64,000 nucleotides of DNA from the IMG/VR virus record IMGVR_UViG_3300033066_000276, positions 1-64,000 of that record; one strand, written 5' to 3'. The position numbers and the translations under genes were made by a program. Below the pieces are notes generated by a model. The model searched no databases and had not been told where the DNA came from. It was given only the letters and a program-made list of their open reading frames with translations. Source of the stretch: a virus. Its lineage: Duplodnaviria > Caudoviricetes. Shown piece by piece: positions 37,486 through 47,700 of this stretch (its first letter is position 1; every line of letters begins with the position of its first letter).

Positions 37486-38360
37486 GCTTTCCTCCATTCG
37501 ATCTCGGCACCACCGGTATCTTTAGCCCAAGTGTTGAGAAACTCACTTGAGATGCCGCCATAGCACTTTTTGAGCCGCCAAATATGCTTGTAAATAGGGA
37601 CACCTTCGGCCCTGTCTACTTGCTTACTGACACTGATAACTTGGAAGATGAACGGGACAATGTGACCCAATTCCAAGTTGCTGCTGATGATAGACACCTT
37701 CTTGATCTGCAATTGCGAGATAAGTTCAGACCAGTTATACAGCACCACGTCTAGGGCTTTGCTACGCGGCAGCAACGAATACAAGACCGGCAACGAGCGC
37801 ACGTATTGCTTTTTCTCTTCGTCCATGTCAAGATAGTTGACCATAGTCTTCTCAGTCAACGCTTGCCGCAGCTTCCACTCATCGATCTTCATCATCAAGT
37901 GGGCTTCGTAGATACCGCGCATCAAGTTGGTGACAACGCTATCACATTCATCTTCACCGATGCCCAACTCAGATCTAACGTTACCAGCGAAGATCTCAGC
38001 CGACGGGACCATCTTCTTGTCACGCATCAATAGGAACTCGGCCTCGAAATTTCTATCGGGGTCGATGTTGCGCATCAACAGATTAAGTTGCGGCTGGTAC
38101 GGCACGAACTTATCTGGCAACGTGATCTGTGTCACTAGCGGATAGTAGCTACCTTCGTGATTGAGGCGTTGCACGTCTCTTTGAGCCTCAGTAATGGCGA
38201 CACTGATGGAATTGTGCGCCACGAAACCATTGTCGAGAACCAGCTTAGCTGGACTCCTCATGGTCATGCGTGACGCAGGGATGCCATACAGCAACCACGT
38301 ATCGAGGTAGACTGACGAGCAGCCTAGCCAGAAGGTAATGGGTTCACTCTTATCAGGCAC
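37482..38360 (-). CDS. Hypothetical protein (possibly degenerate ADP-ribosyltransferase-like N-terminal fold)
   Basis: 292 aa ORF; weak FWLGCS...GI...GF..HNS..VA...PLVTQI pattern. Confidence 0.5.
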   Translation of the reverse strand: MPDKSEPITFWLGCSSVYLDTWLLYGIPASRMTMRSPAKLVLDNGFVAHNSISVAITEAQRDVQRLNHEGSYYPLVTQITLPDKFVPYQPQLNLLMRNIDPDRNFEAEFLLMRDKKMVPSAEIFAGNVRSELGIGEDECDSVVTNLMRGIYEAHLMMKIDEWKLRQALTEKTMVNYLDMDEEKKQYVRSLPVLYSLLPRSKALDVVLYNWSELISQLQIKKVSIISSNLELGHIVPFIFQVISVSKQVDRAEGVPIYKHIWRLKKCYGGISSEFLNTWAKDTGGAEIEWRKA

Positions 38361-38365
38361 TACGC

Positions 38366-38653
38366 TCAGTCCTTGTGTATAGGTGTGTCAACGTCATCAA
38401 AGGTCTTACCATACCAGTTGCGGGTGTAACCTTTGTACGAATGGCCTTTTTTCTTTATGTCAGCTTCGGTATTAGTCCACACTTGTTGGGCTTCACGTCT
38501 GGTTGTCCCCTCATGGATCTTCTTGCCGTTAAGCTCAACACCATGCAAGACCTTCTTGCCGTCTTTGCGCCGGTACGCCACCAGCTTATGCATTTTACCT
38601 GCACTAGACACAAGTTTTGGTGCGGCTGTCTCACGCACGAATTGGTAACGCAT
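38366..38653 (-). CDS. Small basic protein with MRY tag
   Basis: MRYQFVRETAAPK start. Confidence 0.72.
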   Translation of the reverse strand: MRYQFVRETAAPKLVSSAGKMHKLVAYRRKDGKKVLHGVELNGKKIHEGTTRREAQQVWTNTEADIKKKGHSYKGYTRNWYGKTFDDVDTPIHKD

Positions 38654-38744
38654 TACTTGCCTTTGCCTCCGAGGTACTTTGCCATCTTCCTAAGGTAGCC
38701 ACGTCTGATTTTGGATGTCAAGTCTTTCAGACGTTGCTCGAACA

Positions 38745-39026
38745 TCACTTCTTTTTCTTTGGATAGAGTGAGTTTTCAATTGCACTTTTACGAACTGACC
38801 ACGGCTTGCCATGCTTCTTTGAAAGAGCTTTGGCTACCTTTTCGGCTTCGGCTTTGGTATCTAGTAAGCCACTCCACAGATAATTGGTACTATCTCCTTT
38901 GACACCCCCCCAACCCCCATGACCATCGAACTCATAGACAACACTGGCTAATGGCTTAGCCAGATACTTTGTGTAACGTTCAACTAGAGAATCAATCTCG
39001 TTGGCAAGGGCAAAGAAGTAGCGCAT
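38745..39026 (-). CDS. Small protein with MRY tag
   Basis: MRYFFALANE start; its frame may read on toward 38653. Confidence 0.65.
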   Translation of the reverse strand: MRYFFALANEIDSLVERYTKYLAKPLASVVYEFDGHGGWGGVKGDSTNYLWSGLLDTKAEAEKVAKALSKKHGKPWSVRKSAIENSLYPKKKK

Positions 39027-39986
39027 TTAATTATCCATAAGCTTCAAGACTTTCGGGGCTATCTTCTTAGCCCAATCCTTAGCTACCTTTTTGAACGAGG
39101 CTTTCCACTTGCTTGGACAGTTGTTGTTGATCGCAAATTCACACTTGCTGTATGCTTCGTCCTCTATCTCTTTAACTGTTACCTTCTTGCTCCACTTATG
39201 ATAGTAGGCAAGGGTATCCACACTACAATCCTCTAAGTACGCTGAGTCGAACATATCCTCAAGCTCGTCGAGATCGTAAATACCCTCTTTTCCGAGTTGC
39301 GTCTTTAGCGACTTGTAGAGGTATAAAAGAAAAAGCTCGTCATCACTGGATGATGCCGTCTCCGCAGCCTTCTCTTCCATCAACCTACGATGCCACACTC
39401 CTTGATGGTGTACGGCTTCGCGCTTGGTTAGCCCGTTGATCTTCAATTTGCCATCGACACGCACCGCATACTGAGCGCCGTCGTTACCTCCCTCTTGCCG
39501 AAAGGTGACGCGCTTTTTGATATGCGAAGGTATCTCAACCGATGATGCCTCAATCGCTTTCACTTTGTCGTCGCAGCGCTTGCAGATCGGAACATCACCG
39601 AGGATCGGGTGTGAGCGCGTCGTGGTAGATTGGTTCTTACACAAGGCAAACCAACCACAACCCGGTTTTGCTGCCGCCTTCTTCTCTTGTGCAGCCAAGC
39701 GCTTCTTCATCGCAGGCTTAATACTCTTGCCAAGCGGGGTACGCTTTTTCGCCGCTTGTTCAGCTCGTCTAGCGCCACCGCCTAACATCTCAGCTACCCG
39801 ACGAATAGCCTTTGGGCTTTTTGAGTAGATGCCAATGTGATCGTCGTGCTCGACGTACTGAGAGTGGCCTATGTCACCGAGCTTCTTGCGCGTGTCATCT
39901 GTCTTGGGAAGGCGCAGCTTATGAATCTTGCCTTCCTCAATGACGACGGCTAAGCTCTCTTTGGTTTTGTCGAACTTACGCATCAC
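39027..39986 (-). CDS. Modular hypothetical protein with Zn-finger
   Basis: CGWFALC...CKRC; modules separated by IEASS and ETASS. Confidence 0.7.
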   Translation of the reverse strand: MMRKFDKTKESLAVVIEEGKIHKLRLPKTDDTRKKLGDIGHSQYVEHDDHIGIYSKSPKAIRRVAEMLGGGARRAEQAAKKRTPLGKSIKPAMKKRLAAQEKKAAAKPGCGWFALCKNQSTTTRSHPILGDVPICKRCDDKVKAIEASSVEIPSHIKKRVTFRQEGGNDGAQYAVRVDGKLKINGLTKREAVHHQGVWHRRLMEEKAAETASSSDDELFLLYLYKSLKTQLGKEGIYDLDELEDMFDSAYLEDCSVDTLAYYHKWSKKVTVKEIEDEAYSKCEFAINNNCPSKWKASFKKVAKDWAKKIAPKVLKLMDN

Positions 39987-40966
39987 TCTTTATCCTTAAC
40001 AGCTAACTTCTTGTAGTCTGGTGTTGGGCACTTACCGCGCCGGAATGGATGCATTGCAGTCCATGCTGATTGTTCGCAATTGTGATAAGCGGTAGCACAG
40101 ATCTTCTTGATGTTGTCAGCAGTGAGCGGCTTTGAGAAGTCATTGCCTAGCACAGTAACAATTGCGTTTTTGATCTCATACATAGTGAGAACGCTTACTT
40201 TGTAGTGCTCACCGTTTGTCTTGCGAGGATGAAAATCTTGCTTCCAAACTTCGATTACCTTATCAAGGATGTCAGCCGGAACGTTCTGAACCGCTTTGGA
40301 CTTAGCCTCATCCTCAGGTGAAGGTGGCTTGGCGATATAGCCAACAGGCTTTTCAAACGCATTCTGATCGTAATACTCAGGGTGATAGGACCAATCGCCT
40401 GCGGGAAGCGACTTGAGCACAGGAATTCCAACGTAGCGTTGGTGCGCTTGGATCAACGCCAGTTTGCGTTTTCCATATTCCTCATCCCCGATTTTTCCAC
40501 GATTGCGGGAGAGCCAACTCAAACGCCACTCCGTCCGTTTAGTCACATCGTCCCTAAACCCGCCGAAGGATAACGGACGAACCGGCCACATTCCTGGCTC
40601 TGTCCTTTTATTTTCCTTCTTGTTCCACGCTCGAATAGCTTTAACAATCAGGCCAAGCTTGGCATGAGGGATGTCAAAGGTGAGACGATGATTGCGAGGA
40701 TCAGAGTAACGCTCGTTTATCTGAACCACCTTTGGTTTGACACCATGCTTTTTAAGTATGGCACTCACTTGGGTAGCTGCTTTTTTATCTGCGGCAATGA
40801 GGCTGTAGCTGCCTTGGATGGTCTTTGGAAACTTGATCCCTTCAACCGTCTCCAATACCGTGCCTGCTACTTTGGGTTTTGCCTTGGCCTTCTTTTTGGT
40901 TGGATCTCGACGCAAACGTTTAGTGGCTACGTCTTCGTGATCCCGGTTGAAGCTGAAACGCATCAC
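39983..40966 (-). CDS. Basic hypothetical protein with MRFSFNR tag
   Basis: 327 aa ORF coupled to the portal stop. Confidence 0.7.
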   Translation of the reverse strand: MMRFSFNRDHEDVATKRLRRDPTKKKAKAKPKVAGTVLETVEGIKFPKTIQGSYSLIAADKKAATQVSAILKKHGVKPKVVQINERYSDPRNHRLTFDIPHAKLGLIVKAIRAWNKKENKRTEPGMWPVRPLSFGGFRDDVTKRTEWRLSWLSRNRGKIGDEEYGKRKLALIQAHQRYVGIPVLKSLPAGDWSYHPEYYDQNAFEKPVGYIAKPPSPEDEAKSKAVQNVPADILDKVIEVWKQDFHPRKTNGEHYKVSVLTMYEIKNAIVTVLGNDFSKPLTADNIKKICATAYHNCEQSAWTAMHPFRRGKCPTPDYKKLAVKDKE

Positions 40967-43900
40967 TCTGTCACTCCAAATGCGCTCGGCGTTCTCATCG
41001 CCAGCCTTTTGATTTCACGCTTGTTGAGTTTGCCGCCGCCAGAAGCAAGTTCAAGTAAGGCCGCAGCGATCTTCTTGTTCTGCTTCTCTTCAAGCCGCTT
41101 TTGGTAAGACGAGGTAGCGATACGACGCTGGCCTCGGCTGTCGCGTTCGTAGACACGATAGCGGTCAGTATCAAACTCACCGCGCGGCTTCTTCATCTTG
41201 GCATAGGTACGGCCAAACGATTGCAACGCCGCATTCATCTCACGACGATCGGCTTCACTCAGATTGGCCTGCTCCATACCCGGTTGCTGTGGCATAAACT
41301 TTTCAAGCCGGGCCAGTTGCTTCGACACGTCTTTGCGAGTTTGCAAGTCATCGTCGAACTGATCCATAACCTGATCGAGATTCATACCACCGGCGGCAGC
41401 AATCATCCGCAATGGCACTGGCACCCCGTTCTGCGTCATGATCTGCAGGATGTTGAGGTAGGCTTCGTCCGCTTGCGGTTGCAGTTGCTTGTGCCAGTTG
41501 ACCGTTGGGATCTGATACTCAGTGATATCCTCGATCTCATTCAGGTCGTGGCCCAAAGAACCATCGCACAACGCCATGTAGTCGCCGTTGCGATTCTTCA
41601 TGATATAGGTGCCGCGCGAGCCCCAGATAGGCCGACGATACGGTGAGATGTATTCACCGCGACGACGCAGGCGAGCCCGCTCACTCTTACTCAGTGAACC
41701 ATGCGCCTTGAAGCTACGGCCACCATCTTCGTTCTTGAAGTTGTTGGCAACCGCAATCGACGGGAACAGCTTATCGTAGAACAACTCCCGCGTCACCATC
41801 TGACGATAGCTACGCAGTTGTTCCATGAACACCGACAGGGCGGTTTCTAGTGTATTGTAGCTGGCCTCACCTGAGAGGAAGGTTTCGTTGATGCCCAGAC
41901 CCTTGAGCTTTGCCGCTGCAAGGTAATCGTAGACATCCGAATTATGAACGACAATACCATTGGCAACGAAGGAATTTTCTTCTCCCTTAGCCATTGTCAA
42001 ATCGTAAGTACTTACGATCTTGCCCTTGGTTATTTCCTTTAACTCAGTGAAGAAGAATTTTCTCTCAAACAAGGCAATTACTTTAGCGTGTTCCGTGGGA
42101 GAAACCTGCTTTAGGATTGAAAGTTGCTGGTCGTATTCTCCATCGACATAATTGTCGTAGCTCCAAAAAGCTCGAAGTTCGCGATTGAAAATGTTGTAAC
42201 CTTCAACCTCAATATCCTTTCCATCATCAGTTCTAAGGATTACTCCTACACGACGACCTACTTTCCGTCCGTTTAAGAACGCCCTAATACCGGCAGTAGG
42301 AATACCAGCCGTGTGTTGTGGCCATTGTGGTGTCGCTACTTCTTTGATCTTGTGGGTCAAAAATGGTTGGAGCTTGGAATTTAAGCTATGAGTGGCACCA
42401 CGATTGAACGTAAGAACGTTATTGTGGATATGACTCAAACATCCATGAGACGCCATCATTGTCTGCATCTGACGAAGGTTCTTCTTCGAGGATGAAGCAA
42501 TACTAATGTTAGTCTCAGAGATAGTACCATCACCCTCGATGTAACCAGCCAAATAAGCCAACTGACATTCTTCGTTGGCTTGCAAAACTGTGTAAGGTAC
42601 TTCTTTGTAGTACGAAGGAGATTTTTTCTTTCGATGGTTCTTCAGGCCAATATGAGTCCAAAACTTGGATAGTAAAGTGCTGCAATATCCAACATCATAA
42701 AACTCCTTAGTAGAAGTCATACCGGCAGATTCAATACCTGGCGGTCGTGTTCCTCTTCGAGCTTCAATACCAAATTGTTCCAGCATGATAGTGGCAAAAC
42801 GATCGGCAAGCTTCTTGTTCGAGTTGCCAAAATGGCTCTGCGTTTTGTCAAAGCTTCCTTCGGACACCATCAAGCCTAAGATGAAAGCCAAGTCCGTATT
42901 CATGTACTTTGGAAAGCGGAGTTCTTTTTCGTTACCATATTCGTTGGCTTCAAACGGAGGCAATTTATATTCAGATTGACGAGTCAACGAATCTGTAGTG
43001 GCACAAAGCAAGTCACCTAATTGGAGGTCCTTACCTTTCTTCCAGACTACTTCGTTATTTTCAAGCACCATAAAGCGGTGTTCTTTGGTAGCAGTTATCG
43101 TCTGACCATTGGCTGTACGATATTTGAATACAGGTTTTTTGCCTGCATTGGTCCATTCCGCCACTTTGGCTGGACCTTTGCCACCTAGAATACGAAGAGG
43201 TTTGCTGGAATTGTTGATACGATCCTCTAACTCGTCAATGCGAAAGATACCTTCTTCTGTTGGAATAAGGGTATCACCAGCAAGACAGTGTTTCCACAGA
43301 TCATCCCCACGCCGGACTTCGTTAGTCAACACCCCTTGGCGTGTGACGACGACGGCTCCAGTCGGGTCGAGGTTAGCAGTAGCGAAGAGGTTAGCCCCCG
43401 CTTGCATTTCCTGATCGGTAGGTTCCCAGACTTCATCGCCCATCGTGATATGCAAAATCGCCCGTTGGCGGGCGTAGGCTTGCTCCATGGTGCCGCGCAT
43501 CAGCGCTTTTTCCATGATCCACAACGGTATCAAACGACGAAACGCCGATGTTCCAATTGACGAGTACGAGAAGGTCTTGCGACCGATGTAAACTGTGCTG
43601 GCTGGATCAAGGGCGATACGATTGCCACCACCACGTCCACCACCGCCGCGATTTGAACCGCCAGTGGACGCACCTTGCACGGCTTGCTTGTAGAACTCAG
43701 GTAGATTCTTCAACGCCTTCTTGGCGCGATCATCCTTTGAGTTGAATAGCTCGACCAGATTCTTCGGCACCTTCATATCGATGATAGGGTCCATCCCGTA
43801 GATGGGCGTATCAAGGAACTCAAGGTTATCTTGGTTGTGGGTGACGACGTTCGAGAAGATGCCGCGGCTCTTGTTGAACGAGAACGTGCCGACGAAAGCT

Positions 43901-44415
43901 CCATCGACAATGTAGTCAATCGACAATTGCGGGAACAGTGTCTTGAGTTTGAGGTTCTCAATCGACTTGACGAAAACCTTGAGCACCTCTTCATCGTTGA
44001 CACCACTCAACGAGAAATCTGAGAACGGCAAGTTAGACATCAGGTCGGCAGCGGAGCCGGCAATGGTGTCGTGGTAGTACATATCTCGAGCCAGCTTACG
44101 GATAACCTGTGGCTTCGAGGTGACGATACCTTCAATGACGTCCGCTTCGTACTGGCCGACGATGGCAGAACCACCGAGTCCAGTCTTGCTCGAATTAACG
44201 TCAACCCCACCCGCCGCCGCAACTTCGGCCATGTACGGATCGGTGTATGCTTCCTCACGAGAGTTGGCAAGCACCTTCTGATCTGGCTTGCCGGTAACAG
44301 CTACAGATGAACGTTCGCCCCCGCCGCCGTAGCCAAGCTGGGAGTTAAAAGTAACCAAGCGTTGTTTGCCTTGACGGTCTTTGTAAAGGCCGACTTCTGA
44401 TGTACGTTTGAGCAT
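40963..44415 (-). CDS. Portal protein, intein-containing
   Basis: Follows terminase; RDMYYHDTIAGSAAD...LPFSDF, RRLIPL, LGINETFLSGEASY portal-like motifs; about 700 aa after intein removal. Confidence 0.75.
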   Translation of the reverse strand: MLKRTSEVGLYKDRQGKQRLVTFNSQLGYGGGGERSSVAVTGKPDQKVLANSREEAYTDPYMAEVAAAGGVDVNSSKTGLGGSAIVGQYEADVIEGIVTSKPQVIRKLARDMYYHDTIAGSAADLMSNLPFSDFSLSGVNDEEVLKVFVKSIENLKLKTLFPQLSIDYIVDGAFVGTFSFNKSRGIFSNVVTHNQDNLEFLDTPIYGMDPIIDMKVPKNLVELFNSKDDRAKKALKNLPEFYKQAVQGASTGGSNRGGGGRGGGNRIALDPASTVYIGRKTFSYSSIGTSAFRRLIPLWIMEKALMRGTMEQAYARQRAILHITMGDEVWEPTDQEMQAGANLFATANLDPTGAVVVTRQGVLTNEVRRGDDLWKHCLAGDTLIPTEEGIFRIDELEDRINNSSKPLRILGGKGPAKVAEWTNAGKKPVFKYRTANGQTITATKEHRFMVLENNEVVWKKGKDLQLGDLLCATTDSLTRQSEYKLPPFEANEYGNEKELRFPKYMNTDLAFILGLMVSEGSFDKTQSHFGNSNKKLADRFATIMLEQFGIEARRGTRPPGIESAGMTSTKEFYDVGYCSTLLSKFWTHIGLKNHRKKKSPSYYKEVPYTVLQANEECQLAYLAGYIEGDGTISETNISIASSSKKNLRQMQTMMASHGCLSHIHNNVLTFNRGATHSLNSKLQPFLTHKIKEVATPQWPQHTAGIPTAGIRAFLNGRKVGRRVGVILRTDDGKDIEVEGYNIFNRELRAFWSYDNYVDGEYDQQLSILKQVSPTEHAKVIALFERKFFFTELKEITKGKIVSTYDLTMAKGEENSFVANGIVVHNSDVYDYLAAAKLKGLGINETFLSGEASYNTLETALSVFMEQLRSYRQMVTRELFYDKLFPSIAVANNFKNEDGGRSFKAHGSLSKSERARLRRRGEYISPYRRPIWGSRGTYIMKNRNGDYMALCDGSLGHDLNEIEDITEYQIPTVNWHKQLQPQADEAYLNILQIMTQNGVPVPLRMIAAAGGMNLDQVMDQFDDDLQTRKDVSKQLARLEKFMPQQPGMEQANLSEADRREMNAALQSFGRTYAKMKKPRGEFDTDRYRVYERDSRGQRRIATSSYQKRLEEKQNKKIAAALLELASGGGKLNKREIKRLAMRTPSAFGVTE
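41941..43287 (-). mobile_element. Intein with LAGLIDADG endonuclease in the portal (449 aa)
   Basis: Starts CLAGDT, block B TATKEHRF, LGLMVSEG and LAGYIEGDG, ends FVANGIVVHN followed by Ser. Confidence 0.95.
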
Positions 44416-44442
44416 GTTGATCTTTCGCCGTTACCGTGGAGC

Positions 44443-44694
44443 TTACTTCTCGCGGACAGGAATACAAATTCGATTTTGTTGATCGATGTAGACAGGAATC
44501 TTCGCGCCGCCTACGCCACCGGCGTTGGCTTTCAGCATGGGGGAACCGTCGATTGGAGAGCGTGGTGTCTCGCCATAGTTCTGCGCCATAACAGCACCAG
44601 AAGCCGTTTCCTTAGTACGTTTGGAGAACGGAGAGATAAGGCTCTCGTTTGATTTCTTTTTCACTAGGTTGCCTCTTGTTTTGGGTTGCGGCAC
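44443..44694 (-). CDS. Small hypothetical protein between terminase and portal
   Basis: GTG start, 83 aa. Confidence 0.55.
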   Translation of the reverse strand: MPQPKTRGNLVKKKSNESLISPFSKRTKETASGAVMAQNYGETPRSPIDGSPMLKANAGGVGGAKIPVYIDQQNRICIPVREK

Positions 44695-44711
44695 TCGATG
44701 GTGAATTAGTA

Positions 44712-47700
44712 TTACAGCGTCTTACTAGCGCCAATACCAACAGCGGAACGACCTCCGCCAGTAGCACTGCCAGACACCATTACACCCATCCCGGAAACAC
44801 TTTGAACCCCTGCCGCTCCACCAATGAAGCCAAAGCTGCCAAAGCGTTTGGCTGTCTCGCCAGCGAACTTGGGAGCAAGGTCTTTATCGCGTAGGAAGGA
44901 GTGGGCTAGCACTACGGCTCGGAAGATATCGTCGGTAGTTGACTCACCCTTCTCAACCGAAGTCTCAAAGTCACGCACCGTCATGATCTGAGCGATCAAG
45001 TGCGCCACCGGCTTGCCTTCAAAGCCTTTTGGATAGCTCTCGTCAATCAAGTCGAGAATCTCAGGGATCTTGACTTCGCAGCGAGGGAAGCTGATAGTGG
45101 CGTCGTGAATGTCTTCACGCAGCATTTCAAAGTCTTCGTACTTGACCGTGTACTCGCGGGTGTCCACTCGACGATCAGTCTCAATGTCCATTAGGATCTT
45201 CTTCGACTGCCATCTATCTGTGACCGCCATGATGACGTTGAACTCATCGATCAACGGTAGCAGGATTCGGTCATACACGTCTCTAAAGTTGATGCGATGG
45301 TCCTTCTGTGGGATCACTTCGCCAATAGCGTCAATCACCGGCGACAGAGCCTTGTCATTGTGCGCTACACAGAAGGCAAAGCTGTTTCCCGTTAGGATAT
45401 AGTCTTCCAACACGAAGGAGTGAGTGTCAGGAATCTCCGCACAGTAAACCTTCTCACGGCGTTTGGTTTTATTTATTGACTCTACTGTCCACTTGGTTCT
45501 AGTGTTGAAATCCTTAGTGTTGTTGACGAAGCGTTCTCTATGTTGTGGGTTAAGCAACAACTCAGCCGAGAATGTCTCCCGCAGGAAGAAGAGCTTATAG
45601 CACTTGAACATCTTGCCATTGAAAGGATTGACTGTTTCTTGACAAGTAATCGGACTGGTGGCTACACCAAGCTTATTACAGACGTCTCTCAGCTTGCGGA
45701 GATTTTTCTTGGTGATGCTGTTTATCATCACCTTGCCATCCTTATCAACACAGCCATCGGTAGCAATGTATCCCGCGATGAATCCTCGCAAATACGAGTC
45801 ATCATATCTTGGTGATGGTACACTTTTGTATTCAATTGGAAGGTGAGTAATGACTATCTCATTCTTTGGATATTCACCACGCTCTTGCCAATACTTTCCT
45901 CTTGCACGATACCTCTCAAAGTAAGGCAACAAGAAATCAATTTTATGGTAGCAGAGATTAGCTACACTCCAGTGACGTTCCTGGCCCTTACCCCATGGAC
46001 CTAAGTGACCGTCACCCATAACCACACCATGTTCCACTCCACGCGGGTCAATGGACCAATCGCTATTAACAGGCGGCAAAACACTATCGATCTTGTAGCC
46101 CGTCTGTAACGTTTCGGTAGTAAGCTCCTTACGGGTACGATTCTTATCGAAGGCAAACCATCTATGGTTTCCAGTTACACGGATTACCTTCTTAGCTCCA
46201 TTGAAGCTAAGCTCTAATTCGTACAGTTCGGCTTTGCCGTAGCATTTGAACTCAGTCTTAACCCATTTTGATCCTTCGGTAAGGACTTCTACCGACTTAC
46301 CAATAAGACGATCGATACGTTTTGTCCCGTTACGGGTAATAACCTTTGTCTCACCAGCGAAACAATTGTGAGTTTCACCAGCGTCGAAGGTCAGGATGTG
46401 ATTGGTTTTGGTGCCTGGGGAAATGATCTTGGCCTTACCAGACGTCATCACCGCGTTGGCTCGCGTTTGCACCAACACTTGCTTGATCTTGAGCAGGTTC
46501 TCACGATGCGGGTCGAGGCACTTCTTAACGAAATTGATATCCCCGATGAAGCCAGCAGACGACAGCGGTGGCTTGGCACCGTAATCTCGCATGGCCTTTT
46601 CGTAGTTTTCCGCGAACTCTTCCGCCAGCACCTTGCGGCTAACCTTGGGGTTCATTTCCCAAGTAGCATAGCGGAAGCCGTACACCATACGGCTCTTCTT
46701 CGATTGGTTGTAGAGCTTGGTGATTTTATCGTAGCGACTCGACGGCGATGAGATGTTGAGGAACATCGGGGCCGGAATAGAGTTCATGCCCTTCTTCCGC
46801 AGTGTGGCATGAGCCGCACGCAGGGTAAGGAAGGACCGTCGCATAGCTTTGTGGACTTCGTCGGCGTTTAGTTTCACGGCTCCATCGTTACCAGTGAACC
46901 AGCCGATTTCGTCGATACCTCCAAGGTAACGAGTTAGACCACGCAGGGTACGCATGTTCGGGCCTGACACCGATCCAATCAGGTTCCTGTGGCGATACCA
47001 GTAGTACGTGTCCTTGAGCGAATAGTATTCGATACCGGTTTTCTCATGCCAGTAATCGAGCATCTTATGGTAGTTCTTATACCACGGACCTTCCGTCAAC
47101 GCTTGGTAAATTGGATCCCAAATCGTCTTACGAGCTTGATCTTGTGTGGTCGCCAGGAAGGTTGCGCCAAGCTGCTGATTCTTCAACAGCCCGAAGAACT
47201 GTGAAGGGTTGGGCAACTTGAGGAAGAGGTGATTGGTGTAGGATGTGACCATGCCGGTGACGGCAGACTTACCACCACGCTGTCCAGCGAGGCCCGCCAT
47301 CTCATAGTGATCGTTCAGATCACCTTCGGCCACCATGTCTGACTTGCGACCATCGCACTGTGGACAGATGCCGTTCTCAAGCAAGACAACGTGTTCAAGG
47401 TAGGCGGGAACTTTGGTCTTGACCGACACGCTACCGTCGAGCCATTTCATGTCCGTGCAGTACGGGCAATACTCTGACATTAGGTTCACGGCGATCTCGA
47501 ACTGACGGCCAAACGGCGTCATGTTCTGATACATCTTCGAGCAAGTGAACTCGTAGAAGTTTTTAGCCTGTGGGAAGTCACCGTCGTCGATGCTCATGTC
47601 TGGCATCGAACCGGCGTTCTTGACTATATCGAGAACGTACTTCTCAACGTCGAAGTTTATGTCATCGTCGCTGGTCTTTGGTTCCCACGGCTGAATGGTA

